The notes below the pieces were generated by a model, which saw only the letters and a program-made list of their open reading frames with translations, had not been told where the DNA came from and searched no databases. DNA of 64,000 bases. Source: an uncultured bacterium. GTDB taxonomy: Bacteria > Armatimonadota > Abditibacteriia > Abditibacteriales > Abditibacteriaceae. The position numbers and the translations under genes are program-made. Positions 29,792 to 40,078 of the stretch are shown piece by piece. Positions within the stretch are counted from its first letter, which is position 1. Each line of letters begins with the position of its first letter. The stretch is taken from positions 2,678,375 to 2,742,374 of the forward strand of contig CAWJLW010000006.1 in the NCBI GenBank assembly GCA_963843795.1. Reading direction: 5' to 3'.

Positions 29792-32296
29792 TCAATCATG
29801 ACGCGGCTCGACTTTCATCAAATTGCGCACGAAGAAATCCCACACGCGGCGCTTGCCATACGGCGAGCCTTGCGTGCCGTGTCCCGCGCCCGGCACCACC
29901 AATAAATCGAAATCTTTGTCGGCCTTGACCAGCGCGTCCACCACTTGCATCGTGCTCGCGGGATCAACGTTGGTGTCCATTTCGCCGACCATCAGGAACA
30001 GTTTGCCGGTGAGGTTTTTGGCGACGCCGATGCTGGAATTTTCTTCATACGACTTATCGACCGGCCAGCCCATCCACTGCTCGTTCCACCAAATTTTGTC
30101 CATGCGATTGTCGTAGCAACCGCAATCAGCGACTGAGGCTTGGTAAAAATCACCGTGCCGCAAAATCGCGCTCAAAGCGTTCATGCCGCCCGCCGAGGTG
30201 CCTTTGATTCCCACGCGCGTGGCGTCGATATACGGATATTTCTGCGCGGCGGCTTTGATCCACAATTCGCGGTCGGGCAAACCGGCATCGGAAAGGTTTT
30301 TCCAACACACGTCCATGAAACTTTTCGAGCGATTGGTCGTGCCCATGCCATCAATGATGACCGTGATAAAGCCCAGTTCGGCTAAATCCTGCGTATTCAC
30401 GGAATCGGAAAACGCCAAGGGCACCACAGAAATGCCCGGCCCGGCGTAAATATCTTCCACCACCGGATATTTTTTGTTCACATCCAAATTCGTCGGGCGA
30501 ACAATCACGCCATAAATATCGGTCGTGCCATCGCGCCCTTTGGCGACGAATGGTTCGGGAAATTTCCAGCCGGTTTTCAGCAGTTCGCTCGCATCGGCGC
30601 GCTGCAATTCCGAAAGCATTTTGCCGTCGCTGCTGCGGTGCAATTCCCAGACAGGCGGCAAATCGACGCGCGAATATTGATCGACGTAAAATTCGTTGTC
30701 CGGCGAAAAGGTCACGTTATGCGTGCCATCGCCTTGCGTCAAAATCGTCAGGCCAGTGCCATCGAAATTGATGCGACAATAATCGACGTAATACGGATTG
30801 TGATTCGGGTGAGCGCCGCGCGTGCGAAACCAAATCTGGCGCTTCTCTTCATCGACGCGATCCACTTCGCGCACTACGAAATTGCCTTTGGTAATCTGAT
30901 TTTTGACTTTTCCAGTCAGCGTGTCATATAAATACAAATGATTCCAATTGTCGCGTTCGCTCATCCAAATCGCTTCGTGCGTTTTGTCCAAACGCCGCAA
31001 AAACGTCTTGCCGCTGTATTCGATGAACGTCTTGGACGTTTCATCAATTAAGCTGCGCGTTTGCCCATCGGTTTTCACTTCGACCAAGCGCAGCAATTGA
31101 TGGCCGCGCTGATTGTACAAAAAGGTGAAACGCGAAGAATCCTTATCCCATTCCAGCCAGCCAATGTCCCACGGATTGGCAAATAAATCGTCTTTAACTG
31201 CGATGTGCTTCTTGTTCACCACATCGAACAATTGCGGACGTTCGTGGCGCACGCGATCGCCGGGTTTGAGATATTGATTTTCGTGCAACTTCGGCTGCAC
31301 TTGGTCGGGCGGCGAAGATTCCACGAAATACACTTTATGTTCTTGTTCTGGCTCGACTTTCATCAGCGTGAAAAACTTGCCATCCGGCGACCATTGCGGT
31401 TCACCTTCGTAACGATTCTGCGCCGTACCGTCTGTGGTCAACGGCGTTTCGGATTGGGTTTTCACATCGCGCAAGGCGAGATTGAAATTCTTAAAAATCA
31501 CCTGCTGCGTGCCATCGGGCGATAAGTTAGCCTCGCGGCGCGGCGCACGTTTTTCCATGTCGACCATTTTGCCGTCGATAATCGCCACGCCGGGCACATC
31601 TTCGCTGAGAAACGTCGCCCAATCTTCGCCCGCGAGTTGAATCAGCCACGCGTGGCCGGCGAATGTGGTGCGCTTGAGCGTATCGCCCGCTTTAATCGCG
31701 CCGTAATCGTGACGCTTGCCATCAGAGTCGATCCAAAACAGCGCGGCGTCTTTGCCGCTGCGATTGATAAAAGTGACAACCGTCGCCGCGCCGGTTCCGA
31801 CCGAACGCCGCGCGTCGCGCACATTGCGCGCTTTGATTTGGCCCAAAGCATCGGCCTCGATTTTCTTGAGCGCATACGTCGCCAAATCCAACTGCCAAAC
31901 CTGCGCATTCTGCAAAAAGCGCAGCGTGTTGTCTTTTTGAAATTCCAAACGTTCGATGGGCAAACGTTCGGCATCAACTTTTTCGCCCAAAGCCGCTGCA
32001 AGTACTTGCGCCAGCTTTTGATGATCGAACGCGGGCGCTTTCGGCGTTTTGGCGTTTGGATCAACGCGAATAAATTGGTGGCGTCCGTCGAGTTCATCGC
32101 TGCGATACCAGAACTGCGCAGTCTCGCCAATCCAAAACGGACGTAATTCGGCGCGCGCGACTTTATTGCGCGTATTATCGCGCAGTTTCAATGCGCGCTC
32201 ATAATCGGCGCGCGAACCTTGCGCGCGCGCAGCATCGTGTGCCAGCGGAAGCGTTGTCATCATTAAAGCCAAAGCAAAGGTGTGAAGCGTTTTCAT
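29792..32296 (-). CDS. S9B (dipeptidyl peptidase IV-like) peptidase, secreted
   Basis: Signal peptide; DPP IV beta-propeller; GTSAGG, DTNVD, GAGH catalytic motifs. Confidence 0.9.
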   Translation of the reverse strand: MKTLHTFALALMMTTLPLAHDAARAQGSRADYERALKLRDNTRNKVARAELRPFWIGETAQFWYRSDELDGRHQFIRVDPNAKTPKAPAFDHQKLAQVLAAALGEKVDAERLPIERLEFQKDNTLRFLQNAQVWQLDLATYALKKIEADALGQIKARNVRDARRSVGTGAATVVTFINRSGKDAALFWIDSDGKRHDYGAIKAGDTLKRTTFAGHAWLIQLAGEDWATFLSEDVPGVAIIDGKMVDMEKRAPRREANLSPDGTQQVIFKNFNLALRDVKTQSETPLTTDGTAQNRYEGEPQWSPDGKFFTLMKVEPEQEHKVYFVESSPPDQVQPKLHENQYLKPGDRVRHERPQLFDVVNKKHIAVKDDLFANPWDIGWLEWDKDSSRFTFLYNQRGHQLLRLVEVKTDGQTRSLIDETSKTFIEYSGKTFLRRLDKTHEAIWMSERDNWNHLYLYDTLTGKVKNQITKGNFVVREVDRVDEEKRQIWFRTRGAHPNHNPYYVDYCRINFDGTGLTILTQGDGTHNVTFSPDNEFYVDQYSRVDLPPVWELHRSSDGKMLSELQRADASELLKTGWKFPEPFVAKGRDGTTDIYGVIVRPTNLDVNKKYPVVEDIYAGPGISVVPLAFSDSVNTQDLAELGFITVIIDGMGTTNRSKSFMDVCWKNLSDAGLPDRELWIKAAAQKYPYIDATRVGIKGTSAGGMNALSAILRHGDFYQASVADCGCYDNRMDKIWWNEQWMGWPVDKSYEENSSIGVAKNLTGKLFLMVGEMDTNVDPASTMQVVDALVKADKDFDLLVVPGAGHGTQGSPYGKRRVWDFFVRNLMKVEPRHD

Positions 32297-32437
32297 GGAA
32301 TAAAGAGCAGATAATTTCGCCTGCAAGTACTCGCAGATACCAAATCGGTAGTATACCAGCGGAGAGTTTGACCCGAAGCGCGCGCAAGTACTTGCAGCGT
32401 CCTCAATGCTGGCGTTGGCTTTGCTGGTAGCATCGTT

Positions 32438-33634
32438 ATGCAATTAAATTTTCAATCTTCTATTCGTTGTTTTTTGCCGTCAATAATTATTTGCGTACCT
32501 CTATGCGTTTCTTCTATCACGCGCGCTGCTGAAAAGCCGGGTTTGGAAGAGCAAAGTGTGGCCGGTGTAGACATCACCGGTTTGAACGAAACCGAAATGA
32601 AGCGGCGTTTGGGCCGCGAACTGCAATCGAAACTCGATTACAAAATCAATCTCAATGGCGGCGCGCGTTCCGTTGTGCGGCGGCGCGGCGATGTCGGAAT
32701 TGTGCTGGATTTGGGTTGGATGTTAGCGCGCGCACAGCGCGGCGATAAATATGTGCCACTGAAATTGAGCGTTGATAACGCCAAAGCCATGCGCGCTTTA
32801 GAACGTTTGGCACCGGAATACGAAGTCGAATTGCGCGATGCGCGCCTTGTTAGCCGGAGAAAAGGCATGGAGACAATTCCCGAAATCGTCGGCCAAACCT
32901 TGAATTTAGGTGGCAGCGTGCCGCGCTTGAAACAGGAAGTCGAAAAAGATGCCGGAGCGCCCACTTACGAATTGATGGTGCGCAAACAAAACCCGCGCCG
33001 CACGACCAAAGCGTTCAAAGGCATTGATGGGCGTTTGGCCAGTTTTTCGACCGATTACGACAGCAGCAATTTCGGTCGCACGCGCAACATGGAAATCGCC
33101 GCGCAAGCCATTGACAGCACGTTGATTCAGCCGGGCAGCATATTTTCGCTGAATGACCTTGTCGGCGAACGCACCGCCAAACGCGGCTATAAGGAAGCGA
33201 TTATTTTCGTCGATGGCAAAAAAGAGCCGGGCTTGGGCGGCGGCGTGTCGCAAATTACTGGCACAGTTTTCAATGCCGCGCTGCTGGCCGGTTTGCCGAT
33301 TGTGACTTACACCACGCATTCGCGTCCGGTTTCGTATATCTCGCTGGGCCGCGATGCCACCGTGAGTTGGGGCAACTTCGATATGAAGTGGAAAAACGAC
33401 ACTGAAGCGCCGATTTACATTTCCTATGTTGTGAAAAATGGCACCGCGACCGCGACCCTGTTCGGCAAGCGCACCAAAGGCCAAAAAGTGCGCCTGAACG
33501 TGGTTTCCGAGCGCTTGGGCGTGCGACGGATTAAAGCGAAATTGTATCGCACGATTCTGGTAGATGGTAAAGTGGTAACGAAACAAAAAGTCGGCGATTC
33601 CGATTACGATTGGAAAAAAGACGACGAAGATTGA
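32438..33634 (+). CDS. VanW family protein
   Basis: RTRN, FSLNDLVGER, GGGVSQ, THS, GRDATV. Confidence 0.88.
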   Translation: MQLNFQSSIRCFLPSIIICVPLCVSSITRAAEKPGLEEQSVAGVDITGLNETEMKRRLGRELQSKLDYKINLNGGARSVVRRRGDVGIVLDLGWMLARAQRGDKYVPLKLSVDNAKAMRALERLAPEYEVELRDARLVSRRKGMETIPEIVGQTLNLGGSVPRLKQEVEKDAGAPTYELMVRKQNPRRTTKAFKGIDGRLASFSTDYDSSNFGRTRNMEIAAQAIDSTLIQPGSIFSLNDLVGERTAKRGYKEAIIFVDGKKEPGLGGGVSQITGTVFNAALLAGLPIVTYTTHSRPVSYISLGRDATVSWGNFDMKWKNDTEAPIYISYVVKNGTATATLFGKRTKGQKVRLNVVSERLGVRRIKAKLYRTILVDGKVVTKQKVGDSDYDWKKDDED

Positions 33635-33649
33635 AGCGTAAAAATGCTG

Positions 33650-33692
33650 AAAGCGCGCTGCAAGTACTGCGCAAGTACTTGCAGCGCGCTTT
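33650..33692. repeat. Tandem double-core hairpin (first core lacks one T)
   Basis: AAAGCGCGCT-GCAAGTACTGC-GCAAGTACTTGC-AGCGCGCTTT. Confidence 0.85.
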
Positions 33693-33721
33693 TTCTTGGA
33701 TTGCGGCACAACGAAAAATTA

Positions 33722-34876
33722 ATGAACACAATGTTAGAGAAGAATTTGGCGGTGAGCCGGGCCGAACAAGTTGCGACGCGTGTGGCGTTTTTCATTGCGG
33801 GCTTTGCTTTGGGCGCGTGGGCGCCCTTAGTGCCTTACGCCAAGATGCGCGCGGAATTGAACGAAGCACAGTTGGGCATCTTGCTACTGTGCATTGGCGG
33901 CGGGTCGATGCTGACGATGCCCTTTTCAAGCGTTTTGGCCGCTCGTTTTGGCTGTCGCGCCATCCTGACAACGACTTCGTTGGTGATGGGCCTGAGTCTG
34001 CCATTTCTGGCTTGGTTATCGAGCGTGCCCGCTCTGGCAGCCGCGCTGCTGCTTTTCGGAGCATCGTTGGGACTGTTCGATGTGACGATGAATATTCTCG
34101 CGACTATTATGGAGCAGCGCAACACGCGTTCACAGATGTCGAGTTATCACGGCTTTTTTAGCGTCGGAGGTTTGGTCGGCTCCGTGCTGATGAGCGGCTT
34201 GCTCTGGTTGGGTTTCACGCCACTGCTTTCGATTGCCTTTCCCGTGGCGCTCATCGGGTCGCTACTGATTTTGTTCGGGCGCCATTGGCTCAGCGAAAGC
34301 ATTGAAAGCGATGGGCCGCATTTCGCGTGGCCGCGTGGCAAGGTTTTTCTGCTGGGTATCTTATGCTTTATCACATTTTTGGTCGAGGGCGCGATTTTGG
34401 ATTGGGGCGCAGTTTTCTTGACTACGCTGCGTGATGTGGCCAAGTCGCAGGGAGGTTTTGGCTACGCCGCCTTTGCCGTCGCCATGACAATCGGGCGTTT
34501 GACCGGCGATTATTGGGTTGCATTTCTGGGGCGCAAAGCCATTCTGCTTGGCGGCGGTATTTGCGCTGCGCTGGGCCTGGCTCTGGTCGTTACCGTACCG
34601 ATTGCACTCGTGGCGCTACTGGGATTTGCGCTGGTGGGAATTGGCGCTTCCAACATCGTGCCGATCTTTTTCACGCAGGCCGGACGCCAGAAAATCATGG
34701 CACCCGGCGCGGCCATCGCCGCAATTACCACGATGGGTTACGTGGGAGGTTTGGCTGGTCCGGCTCTGATTGGCTTTGTCGCGCACGCGAGCAATCTCGC
34801 CATCGCTTTAGGTTTGGTCGCGCTCTCGCTGTTTGCGGTTCCGTTGACCACAAAACGCGTCATGGCAGAGAATTGA
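33722..34876 (+). CDS. MFS transporter (YbjJ-like)
   Basis: About 12 TM; AWAPLVP, HGFFSVGG, EGAILDWG, MTIGRLTGD. Confidence 0.88.
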   Translation: MNTMLEKNLAVSRAEQVATRVAFFIAGFALGAWAPLVPYAKMRAELNEAQLGILLLCIGGGSMLTMPFSSVLAARFGCRAILTTTSLVMGLSLPFLAWLSSVPALAAALLLFGASLGLFDVTMNILATIMEQRNTRSQMSSYHGFFSVGGLVGSVLMSGLLWLGFTPLLSIAFPVALIGSLLILFGRHWLSESIESDGPHFAWPRGKVFLLGILCFITFLVEGAILDWGAVFLTTLRDVAKSQGGFGYAAFAVAMTIGRLTGDYWVAFLGRKAILLGGGICAALGLALVVTVPIALVALLGFALVGIGASNIVPIFFTQAGRQKIMAPGAAIAAITTMGYVGGLAGPALIGFVAHASNLAIALGLVALSLFAVPLTTKRVMAEN

Positions 34877-34884
34877 AGCACGAA

Positions 34885-34928
34885 AAAGCGCGCTGCAAGT
34901 ACTTGCGCAAGTACTTGCAGCGCGCTTT
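34885..34928. repeat. 44-bp perfect palindrome with tandem double core; bidirectional terminator
   Basis: AAAGCGCGCT-(GCAAGTACTTGC)x2-AGCGCGCTTT between convergent genes. Confidence 0.9.
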
Positions 34929-34942
34929 CTGTTGCTCGATTT

Positions 34943-35632
34943 TCACTGAATCGCTGAAGCAAATTGTCCGCTGCTTTGACGTTGTTCGACCAGACGGCGA
35001 TCTTCGTTCAAGCGATCTTCGATGCGGCGACGGTCTTCGTCGCGGCGCTCGTTTGCCAACTGCTGATCTTCGGCTCGGCGGCGTTCTTCTATTTGCTTGA
35101 TTTCAATTTCGCGCTCGATGCGACGCTTTTCATCTTCCAGTTTGCGCTGTTCACGCTTTAAGCGGTCGTCGTCGCGGCGACTGGCAAAACGCTGTTCGTC
35201 TTCGGGCGTTTTACCAGGAAAATCTTTCAAACCGCTGCCGTCAGCGCGCGCGCCCTCGACTAAAACGACCGGTGTTTCCGCTTGCGCTTGAATATCTGCC
35301 ATCGGATCTTCATCTGAAACCACCGAATCGGGAACCGGCGTTTCGCCATTTTCTTTTTGTTCCTGCGCCAATTCTTCTTTTGTCATCTGAATCGGCGTAG
35401 AGTTTTTGGCTTCGGGCAGCGAGCGCGGCGCTTCGCCGGTGCTGATAACCCAGTTAATCGCCACAGAAGCGATGGCGACGCTAAGCGCGCCACCAGCAGC
35501 GGCCAAACTCCATTGCGTGGCGCGCGGGAATTTGAGCGGATGCGACAACAACAAGAAAAACGGATGCGTAGAAGTGTCTTTGTTGTCGTGATCGGGGTCG
35601 GGCAGCGGTTGCGTGTTATTAGACATATTCAT
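34943..35632 (-). CDS. Hypothetical single-TM protein with charged coiled-coil C-terminus
   Basis: CAGGAG SD; TM helix; E/R/D-rich tail. Confidence 0.7.
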   Translation of the reverse strand: MNMSNNTQPLPDPDHDNKDTSTHPFFLLLSHPLKFPRATQWSLAAAGGALSVAIASVAINWVISTGEAPRSLPEAKNSTPIQMTKEELAQEQKENGETPVPDSVVSDEDPMADIQAQAETPVVLVEGARADGSGLKDFPGKTPEDEQRFASRRDDDRLKREQRKLEDEKRRIEREIEIKQIEERRRAEDQQLANERRDEDRRRIEDRLNEDRRLVEQRQSSGQFASAIQ

Positions 35633-35702
35633 CTCCTGCAAGTACTTGCAGGCAGTTTACCGCAAGTACTTGCAGCGCATTTGCTCCGTTAAACTGCGCC
35701 CC

Positions 35703-36728
35703 ATGCACAATTTTCCTCCTTTAGACGAAGTTCGCTGGGGCATCATCGGTTGCGGCGATGTCACCGAAATCAAAAGCGGCCCCGCGCTGCAAAAAGTCGC
35801 GCACAGTCGCCTTGTCAATGTCATGCGGCGCGATGGCGACAAAGCGCGCGATTATGCCCAACGCCACAACGTGCCGCGTTATACAAACGACGCACAAGAA
35901 ATCATCGACGACCCCGAAGTGAACATCGTCTACGTCGCTACGCCGCCCGATGCCCATGAGGAAATGGCGCTGCGCGTGGCGGTTGCTGGTAAACCGTGCT
36001 ACGTCGAGAAACCAATGGCGCGTTCTTACGCCGAATGTGCGCGCATGGTGCAAACATTTCAAAGCGCGAATTTGCCACTATTTGTGGCGTATTATCGGCG
36101 CGCGATGCCGCGTTTTGTGCGCGCGAAACATCTTATCGAAAGCGGACATTTGGGCGAAATTACCAGTTTGAATTATCGAATGTCGCAGTTTCCCGCGCGC
36201 GATAACGAAATGTGGCGCTTGCATGCGAAAATCGCGGGCGCCGGTTTGTTCCTCGATTTAGGAAGTCACACTTTAGATGTTTTAGATTGGATGCTGGGCC
36301 CACAGCAAAACGTGAGCGGACACGCCGAAAATCGTGGCGGTCATTATGAAGTCGAAGACTTTGTTGAATTGAATTTCAGCTTGGCCAACGGCGCGACCGG
36401 AAATGGCGTATGGAATTTCAGCACGGACAAAAGCGAAGATGTCATTACCGTGATGGGCACGAAGGGAAGTTTTCAAATGTCCACCTTCGGCAGCGATCCG
36501 ATTCGCTTGACAATTGATGGCAAAACTCAACTCTTGGAAGACATGATGCCGGCTCATGTGCAACAACCTTTAATTGAGAAAATCGTGGCCGATTTGCGCG
36601 GCGGCGAGCGCGCGCCCAGCACCGGCGAAAGCGCCGCGCGCACTTCGCGCGTCATGGACATCGCACTGGAAAGCTTCTATCACGGGCGCGATGACGAATT
36701 TTGGAAGCGTGACGATTGGCGCAAATAA
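35703..36728 (+). CDS. Gfo/Idh/MocA oxidoreductase
   Basis: WGIIGCGDV, ATPP, VEKPMA, DLGSH. Confidence 0.9.
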   Translation: MHNFPPLDEVRWGIIGCGDVTEIKSGPALQKVAHSRLVNVMRRDGDKARDYAQRHNVPRYTNDAQEIIDDPEVNIVYVATPPDAHEEMALRVAVAGKPCYVEKPMARSYAECARMVQTFQSANLPLFVAYYRRAMPRFVRAKHLIESGHLGEITSLNYRMSQFPARDNEMWRLHAKIAGAGLFLDLGSHTLDVLDWMLGPQQNVSGHAENRGGHYEVEDFVELNFSLANGATGNGVWNFSTDKSEDVITVMGTKGSFQMSTFGSDPIRLTIDGKTQLLEDMMPAHVQQPLIEKIVADLRGGERAPSTGESAARTSRVMDIALESFYHGRDDEFWKRDDWRK

Positions 36729-37609
36729 TGACTGTTTTTGATGCTTACAACCGTTCGGTGCAGCGTTTAATCGAAGCATTAAATTTACCGCGCGACGAGG
36801 CTTGCGTGCGCGCGCGTTTGTTGCTGGACCAAATCGTGCAAACGCGGCACGCACATTTGTTAGTGCCGCTGCAAGAACTTGCCGAAGACCAACTCTCGCG
36901 CTGGCAAACCCTGTTGGGCGAAGCTCTCAGCGGGCGTCCACTGCCGTATATTTTGGGCGAATGGGAATTTTGGGGATTAGGTTTTCGGGTCGATGAGCGC
37001 GTGCTCATTCCGCGACCCGAAACCGAAATTCTGGTCGAAGCGACTTTGCAGCGTTTAAAAAATATCGACGCGCCGCGTATCGGCGATTTGGGAACCGGCA
37101 GCGGTTGCATCGCGATTTCACTGGCTCACGAACGCAGCGATGCAACGGTTATTGCCACCGATTTATCAAGTGACAGCTTGCAATTGGCGCAGCAGAATGC
37201 GGCGCGTCTGGGTGTGAAAAATCGGATCGAATGGCGAATCGGTGAAATCGGAAATTGGGGAGCGCCGTTGCAGGCTGCGGCAAGTACTTGCCGCGCTCTT
37301 TTCGATGCGATTGTGTCGAATCCGCCTTATATTCCAGCGCGCGAAATCGAGAATTTGCAAATCGAAGTGCGCGCTTACGAACCGCGTCGCGCTCTGGATG
37401 GCGGTGCAGACGGTGTGCGCGATTATCGTTTGATGGCAACACAATTGAAACCTTTTTTGAAACCAGATGGCTTTCTTGCGCTGGAATTTGGGCACGGACA
37501 GTTTGCAACGTTGCGGGAAATTTTTGAAAATGAAGGCTGGCAAGTCGGCGCGCCATTGTGCGATAATGCCGGTCTGGAACGCGCGCTGATTGCGACGAAA
37601 AAAGAATAA
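36728..37609 (+). CDS. prmC: Release factor glutamine methyltransferase
   Basis: PLPYILG, VLIPRPETE, DLGTGSGCIA, SNPPY, ALDGG. Confidence 0.93.
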   Translation: MTVFDAYNRSVQRLIEALNLPRDEACVRARLLLDQIVQTRHAHLLVPLQELAEDQLSRWQTLLGEALSGRPLPYILGEWEFWGLGFRVDERVLIPRPETEILVEATLQRLKNIDAPRIGDLGTGSGCIAISLAHERSDATVIATDLSSDSLQLAQQNAARLGVKNRIEWRIGEIGNWGAPLQAAASTCRALFDAIVSNPPYIPAREIENLQIEVRAYEPRRALDGGADGVRDYRLMATQLKPFLKPDGFLALEFGHGQFATLREIFENEGWQVGAPLCDNAGLERALIATKKE

Positions 37610-37624
37610 AAGCACAGGGAATTT

Positions 37625-38311
37625 ATGAGCTCACATCAACACGACGAAAATTGTTCACACGATCACGACGATGATTTCGGCCCTAACGAAGAACGCTGCG
37701 TGGTCTTTTTCGGCGATAGCATCACCGATTGCGGCCGCGACCGACAGGCGATTTCACCAAACGTCGGCCTGGGCAGCGGTTACGCGATGCTGGCGGCGGC
37801 ACAAATTTTAAGCGACGATCCGGGCGGTAACTGGCAATTCTGGAATCGCGGAATCGGCGGCAATCGCATTTACGATCTCGAAGCCCGTCTGCAAAGCGAT
37901 GTGCTCGATTTGAAGCCCGACATGGTTTCGATTCTCATCGGAATCAACGATACGTGGCGGCGCTACGATAGCGGCACCACATCGTCTATCGAAGACTTTA
38001 CCGAATCGTATCGGCGCATTTTGAGTGCGTTAAACGATAACGGCATCGGAGTGATGATGCTGGAACCATTTCTCTTGCCGGTGCCCGAAGATCGCCGTGC
38101 GTGGCGCGCCGACTTGAACCCGCGCATTGAAGCCAGCCGCGATTTGGCGCGCGAATTCAGCGTGCCTTATTTGCCGCTCGACGGCGCGTTTGCAGCGGCT
38201 TCCACGCAAGCACCACCAGATTTTTGGCTGCCTGATGGCGTGCATCCGTCCCTGGCCGGACACGGTTTGATTGCGACCGCGTGGCTCGAAATGGCGCGTC
38301 AATTGTTGTAA
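37625..38311 (+). CDS. SGNH/GDSL hydrolase
   Basis: GDSITD, NRGIGG, GIND, DGVHP. Confidence 0.92.
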   Translation: MSSHQHDENCSHDHDDDFGPNEERCVVFFGDSITDCGRDRQAISPNVGLGSGYAMLAAAQILSDDPGGNWQFWNRGIGGNRIYDLEARLQSDVLDLKPDMVSILIGINDTWRRYDSGTTSSIEDFTESYRRILSALNDNGIGVMMLEPFLLPVPEDRRAWRADLNPRIEASRDLAREFSVPYLPLDGAFAAASTQAPPDFWLPDGVHPSLAGHGLIATAWLEMARQLL

Positions 38312-38393
38312 AAAATTACCGAGTTCGCAGAATTTTTAAGTCGTGGCAAAATTTGTCACTTTTACGAGTGGTTTGTTCTGTGAACTCTGTATT

Positions 38394-38822
38394 TCATTGT
38401 GCGCGTGCCTCTTTGACGGCGGCGCGCAGCTTGTCGCGCAAAGTGTAGGACGCCATTTGATTGGAATTACGCGGGCGATAAGCGGTTTCGTGCCAGATGA
38501 TGCGGTTTTGGAGATCGCGAAAGGTGAGCTCGCCCCAGAACGCGCCGTTGCTCCAGCGTGTATTAGCATCTACTAAAGCCTGTGCCTGGCTCTTATCGCG
38601 CGTCCATTTGAAGCCCAGATTGGCGATGTCGCGCTGCAAACGGCGCTCGAAACCTTTGTCGCCGCGCCAATTAGCGGCGTAGAGAAAATAAACATTTTTC
38701 AGTGAAACCGAGCTTTTGTTTTTGTTTTTCTCTGCTTTGGCAATAGAAATTGAGGATAAAGAAACTAGCCCCGTTACAATAACGACGCTGCCAATGAGTA
38801 TTGAAATAGTGCGGATTTTCAT
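38394..38822 (-). CDS. Secreted hypothetical protein
   Basis: Signal peptide ending AKA; 142 aa. Confidence 0.7.
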   Translation of the reverse strand: MKIRTISILIGSVVIVTGLVSLSSISIAKAEKNKNKSSVSLKNVYFLYAANWRGDKGFERRLQRDIANLGFKWTRDKSQAQALVDANTRWSNGAFWGELTFRDLQNRIIWHETAYRPRNSNQMASYTLRDKLRAAVKEARAQ

Positions 38823-38923
38823 AGACTTCTGGACGCATCATCAAGCGAAAAGTGCCCCTGCAAGTACTTGCAGCGCGCTTTTGTGGCGCGTGTAATCTGT
38901 CACAATAAAAATAAAGGAAAATT

Positions 38924-40078
38924 ATGAGTAAGCATCGTGTCGGAATTATTATGAACGGCGTCACCGGGCGCATGGGCACCAATCAACATTTGCTGCGTTC
39001 CATCGCTGCCATTCGCGAAGACGGCGGCATCAAATTGGGCAACGGAGAAACAATCTGGCCCGATCCAATTTTGGTCGGACGCAACGAATATAAACTCAAA
39101 GAATTGGCACAACGCAGCGGTGTCGAGCGCTGGACGACCGATTTAGAAAGCGCACTGCAAAACCCGGACGACACGGTTTATTTCGATGCCCAACTCACCC
39201 AACTGCGCGCACCCGCTGTGCAGCGCGCCATCGAAGCTGGCAAACACGTTTATTGTGAAAAACCAACTGGCGTTTCGGTCGAAGAAGCCTACGGACTTTA
39301 CGAAATGGCGCGCGATGCGGGCGTGAAACATGGCGTTGTGCAAGACAAATTGTGGCTGCCCGGCTTGCAGCGTTTGCGCGTTTTGATTGGCAGCGGCTTT
39401 TTTGGAAAAATTCTCAGCGTGCGCGGCGAATTCGGTTACTGGGTTTTCACCGGTCACGACCAAATCGTGCCGCAACGCCCAAGCTGGAATTATCGCAGTG
39501 AAGATGGCGGCGGCATTATCGTCGATATGCTGTGTCATTGGCGTTATGTGCTGGATCATTTGTTCGGCGAAGTTCAAAGCGTGTCGTGTTTGGGCGCGAC
39601 GCACATCGAAGAGCGCATCGACGAAAACGGCAAGCCTTATAAGTGCACCGCTGATGACGCGGCTTATGCAACTTTTGAACTGGAAGATGGCGTGGTTGCA
39701 CAGTTCAATTCGAGCTGGTGCACGCGCGTCAACCGCGACGAATTGTTGACGCTGCACGTCGATGGCACCAACGGCAGCGCGGTCGCGGGTTTGCGCGATT
39801 GTAAAATTCAGCCGTATGGCGCGACGCCGCGTCCGACGTGGAATCCCGATATTCCCAGCCCGATTGATTTCAAGGAAGGCTGGATGGAGATGCCAGATCA
39901 GCAAATTTTCGATAACGCATTTCGCGCGCAGTGGGAACTTTTCCTTCGCCATGTCGTGCTTGACGAGCCGTTTCCCTATGATTTGCGAGAAGGTGCCAAA
40001 GGCGTGCAATTGGCGCAGGCCGGTTTAGATTCGTGGCAAAAACGGTGTTGGGTCGAATTGGAGAAGTTGGACGCGTGA
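38924..40078 (+). CDS. Gfo/Idh/MocA oxidoreductase
   Basis: MNGVTGRMG, YCEKP, RGEFGYWVF, DMLCHW. Confidence 0.9.
   Translation: MSKHRVGIIMNGVTGRMGTNQHLLRSIAAIREDGGIKLGNGETIWPDPILVGRNEYKLKELAQRSGVERWTTDLESALQNPDDTVYFDAQLTQLRAPAVQRAIEAGKHVYCEKPTGVSVEEAYGLYEMARDAGVKHGVVQDKLWLPGLQRLRVLIGSGFFGKILSVRGEFGYWVFTGHDQIVPQRPSWNYRSEDGGGIIVDMLCHWRYVLDHLFGEVQSVSCLGATHIEERIDENGKPYKCTADDAAYATFELEDGVVAQFNSSWCTRVNRDELLTLHVDGTNGSAVAGLRDCKIQPYGATPRPTWNPDIPSPIDFKEGWMEMPDQQIFDNAFRAQWELFLRHVVLDEPFPYDLREGAKGVQLAQAGLDSWQKRCWVELEKLDA

Noticed and set aside
35662..35705. Palindrome TTGCAG acting as a -35 box
   Set aside because: Spacing to the -10-like hexamer is 14 nt here and 10 nt at 1769, not about 17.
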